Positions 50,037 to 59,130 of a stretch of DNA of 64,000 nt are shown in pieces (position 1 is the stretch's first letter; the number at the start of each line of letters is the position of its first letter). The DNA is from an uncultured virus (IMG/VR IMGVR_UViG_3300028805_000054) (taxonomy: Duplodnaviria; Heunggongvirae; Uroviricota; Caudoviricetes), in the IMG/VR virus record IMGVR_UViG_3300028805_000054. One strand, given 5' to 3'. Under the pieces are notes generated by a model that saw nothing but the letters and a program-made list of their open reading frames with translations, made no database searches and was not told the DNA's origin. The position numbers and the translations under genes were made by a program.

Positions 50037-50330
50037 TCTAAGTGAAGTCTCTATGTGTCACGAGATGATAGAAAGAGCTGAACTACGTTATGTGTGAATG
50101 TAAGAATGTTATCTCGTATTTAACTTCTTATACAATAGGTACCTATGGATATTCTTCCAAGTCTGTAGCTCTACGATTTATGGTTAAAAGTTTCTGCTGG
50201 GTAGGAAACAGTGCTGTAAATAATAAACCACATAATAACATTGACGATGGGAGTACTACCTTTAAAGTTGTTGATCATAATAATATGATTAATAATAATA
50301 AAGTGTCTTATTGTTAAACAATTTTTAAAT
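49955..50330 (+). ncRNA. omegaRNA (HEARO-type) with guide derived from the 5' flank
   Basis: Typical blocks GATTAGTCTAAG, ACTACGTT, ATAGGTACC, CCAAGTCTGTAGCTCTACG, GTTAAAAG, ACAGTG, AACATTGACGATGGG. Confidence 0.8.
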
Positions 50331-51626
50331 TAAAATGAAAGTTTATGTATTAGATTGGAAAGGAAAACCAATTATGCCTACCTCTAGAGGAGGCAGAGTT
50401 AGGTGGCTTTTGAAAACAGGAAAAGCCAAAGTTGTGAGAACTATTCCTTTTACTATTCAATTATTGGAAGAGAATAGAAAATATTATACTCAAGAGATTA
50501 ATCTAGGTATAAAACCAGGATCTAAAGAATTAGGGATATCTGCTACTTCAGAAAAAGAAGAATTATTCTGTGCATCTGTAAAATTAAGAACAGATATAGT
50601 AAATCTTCTATCTACCAGAAGAGAGCAGAGGAGAACTAGACGGAGTAGACTTAGATATAGAAAGGCTAGGTTCTTAAATAGAGTTAAAACCAAAAAACCT
50701 GGTTGGATAGCTCCCTCTATTCAGAATAAGATACAATATCATATCAAGATAGTAGAATTTGTCAATAAAATTTTACCTATATCTAATATGATATTTGAGA
50801 TAGCTATCTTTGATATTCAGAAGATAAAAAATCCTAGTATTAGTGGAGCACAATATCAGAATGGACCACAGAAAGACTTTTGGAATGTACGTGAATATGT
50901 TTTACATAGAGATAATCACGTCTGTCAACATTGTAAAGGTAGGTCTGGTGATAAGATCTTAAATGTACATCATATTGTATCAAGAAAGACAGGAGGTAAT
51001 TCGCCAGGAAACCTGATTACTTTATGTAAGACTTGTCATAAGAACTATCATGAAGGTAAGATTAAGTTATCCATTAAAAAGAGTAGGTCTTATAAAGATT
51101 TAACATATCTTAATATAATGAGAGATAGATTATATAAAGAGTTATTCAAGAGATATGGATTTATCTATATTACCTATGGTTACCAAACTAAATGTGATCG
51201 TATATCTAAGGGTCTATTAAAGAGTATAGATACAGATGCTTATGTTATCAGTTCTGGTGATACTAATCCTTTATTAAGTGATACTATATATTGTATTAGT
51301 CAGGTTCGAAGACATAATAGACAAATACATAAGTTTAAAATTCTTAAGGATGGAAAGCTCAAAAAGAACCAAGCTTCTTATAAAGTCTTAGAATATCGTC
51401 TTAATGATGTAGTGAAGTATCAAGGAGAGAGGTATTATATAGGAGGCCGTAGGGAAAGAGGAGACTTTAATATTAGGTCATTAGAAGGAGATCGTAAGCT
51501 AGATATATCATATAAGAAGTTAAAATTTTTATATGAGCCTAGACGAATATTTATGTATATTGAAAGAAGGAATATTACTCCAATTCCTCCCACCTCTAAA
51601 TCAGTGGGTTCCCTTGGAGTGTAATC
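49972..51626 (+). mobile_element. Non-autonomous IS200/IS605-family IscB (OMEGA) element, no tnpA
   Basis: Left end ATCAGCAACCCACGACTAA; right end TTCCTCCCACCTCTAAATCAGTGGGTTCCCTT; omegaRNA plus iscB inside. Confidence 0.8.
50335..51624 (+). CDS. iscB: IscB RNA-guided nuclease; HNH intact, RuvC catalytic residues substituted
   Basis: PIMP (PLMP) N-terminus, RREQRRTRRSRLRYR bridge helix, CQHC..HHI..N..NLITLC..CH; RuvC-I reads LGIKPG instead of LGIDPG. Confidence 0.9.
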   Translation: MKVYVLDWKGKPIMPTSRGGRVRWLLKTGKAKVVRTIPFTIQLLEENRKYYTQEINLGIKPGSKELGISATSEKEELFCASVKLRTDIVNLLSTRREQRRTRRSRLRYRKARFLNRVKTKKPGWIAPSIQNKIQYHIKIVEFVNKILPISNMIFEIAIFDIQKIKNPSISGAQYQNGPQKDFWNVREYVLHRDNHVCQHCKGRSGDKILNVHHIVSRKTGGNSPGNLITLCKTCHKNYHEGKIKLSIKKSRSYKDLTYLNIMRDRLYKELFKRYGFIYITYGYQTKCDRISKGLLKSIDTDAYVISSGDTNPLLSDTIYCISQVRRHNRQIHKFKILKDGKLKKNQASYKVLEYRLNDVVKYQGERYYIGGRRERGDFNIRSLEGDRKLDISYKKLKFLYEPRRIFMYIERRNITPIPPTSKSVGSLGV

Positions 51627-51932
51627 ATGGTAAGAATATTCGGTGAGTCAGTGTTTGTTGGGGATTACGGACTGGCTATAAATGTGGAAACTGATCTTGG
51701 ACTTATCACAATTCTAACTACTTTCCCTAGACTTAATAAATGGATAGGAGTAAAATTGGTAGATACATTCTCAATTATGTCAGATGAAAAAATATATGGG
51801 ACAGGGGATACAGAGCTACATGTCAGAAATCTTCAAACTTTCTTACATCAAGTCATTATGAAAGTACAAACTTACGACTCGAAGACACAGGAGATCATAA
51901 AAAGATATAAGGAGGTTTATGCTGAAGATTGA
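51627..51932 (+). CDS. Small tandem-paralog protein
   Basis: NKWIGVKLV...LHVRNLQTF. Confidence 0.6.
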   Translation: MVRIFGESVFVGDYGLAINVETDLGLITILTTFPRLNKWIGVKLVDTFSIMSDEKIYGTGDTELHVRNLQTFLHQVIMKVQTYDSKTQEIIKRYKEVYAED

Positions 51933-52209
51933 TAAGGCGGGTTATAGATATCCAAACTTAGTATTATCCATAAACGATATAACCTTCTTACTCCTACTTA
52001 AATATGGGAGAGGAAAGAAATGGTTGAAGTGGAGAATGGTTTACTCGGTTTTTGCTTATCCTACTATAGAAAATGATGCTAAAGAAACTAAGCTCCCAAT
52101 CCGATCCTTAGAAAAATTTGTTATTAGCGTTCTCTCCAATTTTCCAACCAGATCAAATAATACAAACGAACCAGCCAGAGAATTTATTTGGAAATGGAGA
52201 CAAAAATAA
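51919..52209 (+). CDS. Small tandem-paralog protein
   Basis: KKWLKWRMV...LPIRSLEKF. Confidence 0.6.
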   Translation: MLKIDKAGYRYPNLVLSINDITFLLLLKYGRGKKWLKWRMVYSVFAYPTIENDAKETKLPIRSLEKFVISVLSNFPTRSNNTNEPAREFIWKWRQK

Positions 52210-52520
52210 ATCAGGTATATTGGTATAGGATTGGAATCGATGGTAATGGTAAACTAAGAATTAAAGTTGGGAAAAATACATTCTTAAATATAATTGTTAA
52301 AAGAAAAGGTAATAAGTTTGTAGGGTGGAAATTAGTTAGAGGAATTTATCTTTCTACCTGCCAAACTATTCCTGACAGTGATCTTGTAATTCCAGTGAGA
52401 GATGTAAATAAATTTGTCGATGATGTATTTTCCAACTGTGAACTTGATTCTGTACATATAACCCAAAAAGGAAAAGAATGGGTAGAGAGATGGAGGAAAA
52501 AGAAAACTACAAAGGTTTAA
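52188..52520 (+). CDS. Small tandem-paralog protein
   Basis: NKFVGWKLV...IPVRDVNKF. Confidence 0.6.
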   Translation: MEMETKINQVYWYRIGIDGNGKLRIKVGKNTFLNIIVKRKGNKFVGWKLVRGIYLSTCQTIPDSDLVIPVRDVNKFVDDVFSNCELDSVHITQKGKEWVERWRKKKTTKV

Positions 52521-52585
52521 TCCAATGTAGTCTCTTTTTTTTTTGTGTTATCTTAGTATTCGGAGTTTTAAACAAGAATACGAAA

Positions 52586-52987
52586 TTAAGATAACTTGGC
52601 TTGATGACTAGAGATTTTGGCCAGATAGACATAGCGATTCGTAGTGGTCCAAAAATCATCTATCAAATTCACTATACCACTCCAACACATATCCTCACAG
52701 TCTTCCTTAAGTCCTGATAAAGTTGCACGTACAGAACAAAGTAAAGATTCAAAGTCATCATCACTTGGCAAAACAGGGTTAAGGTCTCCAGGATATACGA
52801 AATCTAAGAGAGCAATAGAGTTTTCAGCAAGAGCATCTTCAAATTCGGCTATCTCTCCTGAATACTCGTCAATGATAATGTGAAATGAATGGCTGGGACT
52901 AGACCAATGTAATTCTTTCAATCTTGTCTTATATCCCTCAATCCGATTCAATACTTCTACTAATTTTTCTTTATTAAACATGATCAA
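52586..52987 (-). CDS. Ferritin/Dps-like four-helix protein
   Basis: LKELHW....FH..IDE...FEDALAE. Confidence 0.7.
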   Translation of the reverse strand: MIMFNKEKLVEVLNRIEGYKTRLKELHWSSPSHSFHIIIDEYSGEIAEFEDALAENSIALLDFVYPGDLNPVLPSDDDFESLLCSVRATLSGLKEDCEDMCWSGIVNLIDDFWTTTNRYVYLAKISSHQAKLS

Positions 52988-53123
52988 TCAATTTTTTAAC
53001 GTAATATCTTTAAACTCTCGATATTACTTAGAGCAGGTTCCATCCCGCTCTTTCCGTTTATAAGTCTTTGAGAGGTTCACAGCGGAGTTTTTATGGTGTA
53101 AGTTTTCAAATCCTTACTAATAT

Positions 53124-53378
53124 ATGAAAGAAAATGTGAAACTGGGAATAGCAATTGTAACGGCTGGATTGATTGGAGGTGTGGGATGGAAATATAGAAA
53201 GAAAATCGTGAAAGTGGTTGGTGAATTTTGTGGTGCCGTCCTAAAAGGTTATACTGAATATGAACTTGAAGATCCTTACTACTATACTCGAGTGGAAGGA
53301 CATTGGAGACTGGATCGACATGGAAATTTCACCTACGTCAGACCACATTACAGGAAAACATGGAAGAGGAGATATTAA
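53124..53378 (+). CDS. Small membrane-anchored basic protein
   Basis: TM segment plus VEGHWR..HGNFTYVRPHYR. Confidence 0.6.
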   Translation: MKENVKLGIAIVTAGLIGGVGWKYRKKIVKVVGEFCGAVLKGYTEYELEDPYYYTRVEGHWRLDRHGNFTYVRPHYRKTWKRRY

Positions 53379-53399
53379 AATCCCTCTTTTATTTTTGTC

Positions 53400-53760
53400 T
53401 TAGTTGAGAGCCTGAAGACCCTCAACATTGTTACCACTTTTATAAATAGCTATAACTGAAAGCTGAAACCAAAGGCTATAATAAAAGCTATAACAAGTGC
53501 CTATGCTTTTTACGTTACACAAAGCATTGTTCTGAGGTTAAGCCTTCCCGTGGCCACTCACCCGTTAACTGTAAATTACTCCCTCGTTACTGCGCAAGCT
53601 TGTAACTTAGTCATAATTTCAGCAAACGTCTTCGAACCCTTAACCTCTCAATTTCAATTACCCTACGCTAAAGCTTCGGGATTAAAATTGAAAGATTCCC
53701 TGGTTTATTATTTTGCCTTTTTTATAGAATAAATTCATTATAGTGATAAATATAATCTCT
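53400..53760. other. Hairpin-rich non-coding region upstream of helicase cassette 2
   Basis: GAGGTTAAG/CTTAACCTC, ATGCTTT/AAAGCAT and TTTCAATT/AATTGAAA stems with TACG/TGCG loops. Confidence 0.5.
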
Positions 53761-53797
53761 ACTAAAATGTGCAAAACTCTGCTGAGAAAGGCTGAGA

Positions 53798-53890
53798 TCC
53801 TTATGAATGAAAGGAGGATGATTCTCTTGTAAAGAGAGAGTAAAAAGAGCTGACGGTTTAAAATACGCGTTAGCGGATTTTGTGAGAGAC
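53798..53890 (+). promoter_or_regulatory. Promoter core plus conserved 5'-leader hairpin of helicase cassette 2
   Basis: TCCTTATGAATG and GAGCTGACGGTTTAAAATACGCGTTAGCGGATTTTGTGAGAGAC. Confidence 0.7.
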
Positions 53891-53944
53891 TGTGTTCGAA
53901 GAACCAGGCTTTCATTTGTTTCAACATATAAAATTATATTAACA

Positions 53945-56095
53945 ATGGAAAAACATAAAATTATTGTACCAGAAGGAGTAAGGTACATAGGAGAAGTAAA
54001 TCCTGAAACTGAAGAGAGATTATGGGATTATGAATTAAAGGATTATGACTTTCAACATATCCTAAACAAAAAATTGACAGGGTGTGGATATACAGAGTAT
54101 TGTTTAGGAAATAGACAACTCTTAATTCTGACTTCTCCAAGAAAATTCCTTTTAGATAATAAGTGGGATCAACACAAGGACGAATACAATATCTATTATG
54201 TGAGGAATGAATTAGAGACTTCTGTTGATTATGAACTTGACCTAACTAAGGATGATCTTAAGTCCATCAAGGAGAGAGCTGAGAAGACGGAAGCAGGTAA
54301 GAAGGAAACTGAAAAGAATCTTGATAAGTTGAAAACAGATCTTAGAGATGCTATTAGAGCCTGGGAAAAAGTTGATAATGATAAACCTTTCAAGATTCTG
54401 GTAACATATGATTCATTCCGTCATGTTAAGGATGCTCTGACACATTTCTATGAGGATGAAAATGATAGAGAGGGTCCAGAGAAAAACATCTTCCCGGCTT
54501 TTCAGGTAGTGGTCGATGAATTCCAAAGTATATTCATTGATTCACGCTTCAAGTCAGAGACTGAGATTGAGTTACTTGATCAGCTTAGAGGAGTGCAGAA
54601 GGTATGTTATGTATCAGCTACTCCCATGCTTGATAAGTACCTGGAGAAGTTAGATGAATTTAAAGACCTTCCTTATTATGAACTAGATTGGGAGACAAAG
54701 GAACCTGGGCGAGTAGTGAAGCCAAAGTTAGAAATTAGATTTGTAACGTCTTCTCTTAATCAGGCAGTTAATGGAATAATTCAAAGTTATCTTAATGGAA
54801 AATTTGATACTAGGATTGATCCTAATACAAATGAGTTTATTGAATCTAATGAAGCCGTTTTATTCTTAAATTCAGTATCTGGTATTTGTCAAGCTATCAG
54901 AACTAACAAACTTCATAGGGATCAATGTAATATCATTTGTGCTAAGTATACATCTAATGAATCAAAAGTTAGAGCAGCTTTCAATGATGTTCTAAAGAAA
55001 GAAGCAGAAGCGATTGGAGTTAAAAAACCTAAACTAATAGGAAGTTCAGAAAAAGTTATAGGTTCAATCCCAACTAAGGGCCAACCTCATAAAATGTTTA
55101 CTTTCTGTACTAGGACGGTTTATCTAGGTGCTGACTTTTATTCGAAATGTGCTCGTACTTTCATATTCAGCGATAGTAATATAGCATGTTTAGCAGTAGA
55201 TATTAGTATGGATCTCGAACAGATATTAGGGAGGCAGAGATTAGATGAAAATCCTTGGAAAAATTCTGCCATTATGTATGTCAAGTGTACTACTCTTAAA
55301 CATAAAACAACTAAAGAAGAATTTGAGGAGTTTATAAATGAGAAGTTAAAAAGATCCTCTATACTTCTATCTGGATATGATAAATGTGATGATGAGGAAA
55401 AGTTTGAAATTGCTAAAAAATACCAAAGTGACTCAAAAATCTCCCATTACAGAAGTGACTATGTAGCAGTAACGAGAATTATTAACCGGACAACAGGAAA
55501 AGTAGTTAAACTTCAACCTGTTTTAAATAAATTGGTTTTGATTACCGAGGAAAGAGCTTTTGAACTTCAGCAGGAAGATTATGCCGATAGATTCACTGTA
55601 TTTTCTTCTATACAAGCAGAAGGAATGGATAGTATTGAAGATGAAGTTGGTCAGAAGGTTGAAGAATTTGGTAAAATACGTTCTGTGATGGACAAGCTTC
55701 GATTTTTATTGAATTATTCTGATATTGCAAAGGCTGAAAATTTTGATAATTTTTTAGAGCTGATTCCAGGTAAATACAAAGACTATTATAAAATAGTTGG
55801 GCCAGAAATAATTAAAGCATGTGGATGTGATGAGAGTAAGATTAAAAAGAAATGGCAAGAAAAAGTATCTAATAGTGAAATAAACGACAATGTTGTTTCT
55901 GAGATCTATAAGATATTTATAGTTGGTCAAAGGTATTCAAAAGTCGATATAAAGAATAAATTAAAAATTCTTTATGAAAAAATGGGATATCAAAAGACAG
56001 CAAAAGCCACGGATCTTGAACTGTATTACATAATGAAGTCTGTGTACATAACCTCAGAAAAGAAGCATGGATATGAGTTGATTGGAAAACGATAA
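53945..56095 (+). CDS. SF2 helicase-like protein, copy 2
   Basis: Start re-called to MEKHKIIVP (aligns with MKKEKPIVVP of copy 1); same motif set. Confidence 0.8.
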   Translation: MEKHKIIVPEGVRYIGEVNPETEERLWDYELKDYDFQHILNKKLTGCGYTEYCLGNRQLLILTSPRKFLLDNKWDQHKDEYNIYYVRNELETSVDYELDLTKDDLKSIKERAEKTEAGKKETEKNLDKLKTDLRDAIRAWEKVDNDKPFKILVTYDSFRHVKDALTHFYEDENDREGPEKNIFPAFQVVVDEFQSIFIDSRFKSETEIELLDQLRGVQKVCYVSATPMLDKYLEKLDEFKDLPYYELDWETKEPGRVVKPKLEIRFVTSSLNQAVNGIIQSYLNGKFDTRIDPNTNEFIESNEAVLFLNSVSGICQAIRTNKLHRDQCNIICAKYTSNESKVRAAFNDVLKKEAEAIGVKKPKLIGSSEKVIGSIPTKGQPHKMFTFCTRTVYLGADFYSKCARTFIFSDSNIACLAVDISMDLEQILGRQRLDENPWKNSAIMYVKCTTLKHKTTKEEFEEFINEKLKRSSILLSGYDKCDDEEKFEIAKKYQSDSKISHYRSDYVAVTRIINRTTGKVVKLQPVLNKLVLITEERAFELQQEDYADRFTVFSSIQAEGMDSIEDEVGQKVEEFGKIRSVMDKLRFLLNYSDIAKAENFDNFLELIPGKYKDYYKIVGPEIIKACGCDESKIKKKWQEKVSNSEINDNVVSEIYKIFIVGQRYSKVDIKNKLKILYEKMGYQKTAKATDLELYYIMKSVYITSEKKHGYELIGKR

Positions 56096-56170
56096 ACAAA
56101 AGAGAATAGTGATTATATAAATGTAATAGAATATAGTTACTATTCTCTTATTTTAAAATTTAGATTAATT

Positions 56171-57658
56171 ATGGATTTAACAAGTTTTAATTATGAGAAA
56201 GAAGGTAAAGAATATATTTACCTAGTGATGGTAGAGTATAAGGATAAGACTCTATTAAAAGTTGGTTATACAAAGACTTTAGAAAACAGAATGGATACCT
56301 ATGAACTACATAATCCGGATTTTCAGTTATTGAAAATTAGAGAAGGTACCAGAGGATTAGAGGTTTATATGCATAAAAAGTTTGAAAAATATAGGTATCC
56401 AAAAAGAGAGGAATGGTTTTACTATAATGAGGAGATTGTTGAAGGGTTTGATACTCTAGAAGAGATGAACTTTTTAGATATTGGTAAACTTAAAAATAAA
56501 ATTATAAATCTATTAAAACCAAAATCTATAGAAGAACTTAAAAAGATTTATTATGAAAGATATCAAAAAGAGATAGAGGATGAAAATTTAAATAAAGAAG
56601 ATCTAGACTATACTATTACAAATGCATTTTCTTTTATTAACAAAAATATAAAAGACTTTATAGATGCTTTAGACTATTCAGGGATTCCATTAGAGATAAA
56701 CCCAGAGACTAGATATCAGGTTATAATACCAAATCCAATTTCTACAGTAGATATCAGCATAGACCTAGAGCAACTCCTAGGCAGACAGAGATTGATAGAA
56801 AATCCTTGGAAAGATTATGCTAAAGTATTTATTCGAACTTTATCTAAGAAAAATATTATAACTTCAGATAAATATTATGCGAAGTTAAATAGCAAAAAGA
56901 AAACTACAAATCAGCTTTTGGATACTTTTAAAGATGCTAAGTTTGAAAATAGAAAAGCTTTAGCTGAAACTTATCAAAGAGATGCTAAGGTTTCACATTA
57001 TAAGTATAATTATGTTTCTGTTACTGTAGTGAAGGATTGGGAAACAGGTGAAGTGAAGGATCTTATTCCAGAATTCAATAATCTAATGATGATCTCCGAC
57101 ATGAGAGCTTTTGAAGTTCAGCAAGTAGACTATAAAGATAGATTTACAGTATTTTCTGCAGTCAATCAAGGTGGAATTGAAGGGGCTACAATCAGATCCT
57201 GTGAAATGGTAGAGAAGTTTAACCATTTTGGGGATTCTACTGATAGATTAAAGTATTTAGCAGATATGAGTACTGATACTACATTAACTTCTCAAGATAT
57301 TTGTTCATTCTTAGAAATGATACCTAGTAAATATAGAGACTATTATGAGATTATAGGCCCTGAAAGAATTAAAGCTAACAAATATCGAGAATTAAATATT
57401 AAAAGAGAATTGATGAAAAATTCTTTAGGAGATGGTCCCGACGATAAAGTAATTTCAAGAATGGGCGATATGTTTAGAGTAGGTCATAAGTATTCAAAGT
57501 CTGGCATAAAGGAATCACTTAAGAAATTATATCAAGAGTTAGATTACAAGAAGACAGCAAAGGCAACGGATCTTGAGGTTATGTATGTTATGAAGGCTAT
57601 CAAACTACAGGAAGATGGTAAATGGGTAAATGGCTTTGAGATAATAGGTAAGCGTTAA
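56171..57658 (+). CDS. GIY-YIG (T5orf172/MUG113-like) nuclease fused to the helicase C-terminal half
   Basis: YIYLV...LKVGYT....R...YELHNP...LE..MH...EEWFYY; then VDISIDLEQLLGRQRL.ENPWK through KTAKATDLE. Confidence 0.75.
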   Translation: MDLTSFNYEKEGKEYIYLVMVEYKDKTLLKVGYTKTLENRMDTYELHNPDFQLLKIREGTRGLEVYMHKKFEKYRYPKREEWFYYNEEIVEGFDTLEEMNFLDIGKLKNKIINLLKPKSIEELKKIYYERYQKEIEDENLNKEDLDYTITNAFSFINKNIKDFIDALDYSGIPLEINPETRYQVIIPNPISTVDISIDLEQLLGRQRLIENPWKDYAKVFIRTLSKKNIITSDKYYAKLNSKKKTTNQLLDTFKDAKFENRKALAETYQRDAKVSHYKYNYVSVTVVKDWETGEVKDLIPEFNNLMMISDMRAFEVQQVDYKDRFTVFSAVNQGGIEGATIRSCEMVEKFNHFGDSTDRLKYLADMSTDTTLTSQDICSFLEMIPSKYRDYYEIIGPERIKANKYRELNIKRELMKNSLGDGPDDKVISRMGDMFRVGHKYSKSGIKESLKKLYQELDYKKTAKATDLEVMYVMKAIKLQEDGKWVNGFEIIGKR

Positions 57659-57823
57659 ATCCTTATTTATGTGCGTAGGGTTGGTCACCAGAATAAAAGT
57701 TGAACATTGTTACGTGGCTTAAGATATCGATTTGCCGACCAATTCCCTTGTACTGCACCTTGGACAATAAAAAGTCTGAGGTGCTTTAATTTCCTTATTA
57801 GTGTGAATAGAAGATTTACTTGA

Positions 57824-58207
57824 ATGAAGAAAAGAATATTGAAGTCAGAGGAGAAAGAATTATTGATAAAAGATCTCCTTCCTAGAATTCCCACCGGTTT
57901 ATTTGTTGATGTTCCGGATGAAGAGGAGCCAAAGGAGTTAGAGAAGGTAGTGAGATGGAGGATTGTAGATGGCCGATCTAGATCTTTAGAGGATTGTTTA
58001 GACGGATTAATCCCATATCTTCGTCCCTTATCTTCTATGACTGAGGAAGAAAAAGAAAAGTATCATGAATTATGTGATAGTTATCATGGTATCTATTTTG
58101 ATACCATAGATAGTATTGATTGGCTTAATGCTCATCATTTTGACTATCGTAGACTAATTGAAAAAGGTCTTGCTTTAGAGGCGAAGAAGGGAATGTATGA
58201 CTATTAA
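57824..58207 (+). CDS. Bacteroidetes-phage hypothetical protein
   Basis: PYLRPLSSMTEEE...DWLNAHHFDYR.LIEKGLA.EA. Confidence 0.65.
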   Translation: MKKRILKSEEKELLIKDLLPRIPTGLFVDVPDEEEPKELEKVVRWRIVDGRSRSLEDCLDGLIPYLRPLSSMTEEEKEKYHELCDSYHGIYFDTIDSIDWLNAHHFDYRRLIEKGLALEAKKGMYDY

Positions 58208-58481
58208 GAATATTACTATGGCAAAAATTAAAATAAAAGACATTTTCGATAAAAACGGGAATTTTATAAATCATATAGACCCGTATAGATGTGATAGAAA
58301 TAATGAAGTATATCAATATCTTTTTGATGAAGATGGATATTCATTACGTACAGAAGAAGCAAGAAAGTTTATATTGAAACATAATTGCAGCCCATTCTCT
58401 GATATTGTTAAATATTATTATTCTGAAAATATTGATAGTGGGTGCAAAGGTAATTATACTGCAATATTTGCTTGGAGATAA
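58197..58481 (+). CDS. Hypothetical protein
   Basis: Coupled ORF. Confidence 0.55.
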   Translation: MTIKNITMAKIKIKDIFDKNGNFINHIDPYRCDRNNEVYQYLFDEDGYSLRTEEARKFILKHNCSPFSDIVKYYYSENIDSGCKGNYTAIFAWR

Positions 58482-58499
58482 ATTACAGTTAAAATAACT

Positions 58500-58712
58500 A
58501 TGACAACAATTAAATCTTATACAGATATAGAACAAAGCCGTAAGTTGGCTGAGTTCCTGCCACTTGAAAGTGCTGATGGATTTTGGGAATATCACGATAA
58601 ATGGTATTCAGAGGGTGATGAATGGGAAGGAAAGGAAATAAGAGAGGTTAATCCTTCTCTTTTTCTTTTTACAGCGGGGATTTTCAAGTTGGGGAGATTG
58701 AATACACTTTAG
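58500..58712 (+). pseudogene. Probably truncated small phage gene
   Basis: MTTIKSYTDIEQSRKLAEFLPLESAD then runs into a terminator-like hairpin. Confidence 0.4.
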
Positions 58713-59130
58713 GAGATCAAGGCGTATTTTTTTTTCGGAACGAGGGGAATATTGAGACGCCTTGGAAATAAAAGTGTGAAGTGAATCCTGGCGTGATTTT
58801 TAAAGTTGTAGAAAAATTGTGAAGCACGGAAATTCCAACTTTTATTTTCACGCCTTCTCCACTTACCCAACTTATTTTTCCCGCTGTGAGTAAAAAGTCT
58901 AAAACGTTCGCAATTATGTTCCAAATTGCTAAAATGCGCTTCTCTGGCCCTGAACCCCTTATGTATGATGTCAGGGAAAACATAGAAAACTCCCCTGGCA
59001 AGACGTGAAAACCTTATAAACGAGAAATAAAATGGAGATTGTAGTCCTCTCTGTAGAAATCGGAGGGGACAAATAGAAAAGGTTTTATTACAAAAATTTA
59101 TTATTAACAAATTTAAAATTAAAAATTATT

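Noticed and set aside
50090..50317. 75-aa ORF upstream of iscB
   Set aside because: Lies within the omegaRNA scaffold
53655..53685. Second IS200/IS605 end (ACCCTACGCTAAAGCTTCGGG)
   Set aside because: Only loose resemblance, with no partner end or associated tnpB/iscB; fits the local hairpin cluster better
58709..59110. Minus-strand ORFs 58709-59110 and 58717-59001
   Set aside because: Fall in a CG/T-tract intergenic block containing plus-strand promoter cores for the SSB operon
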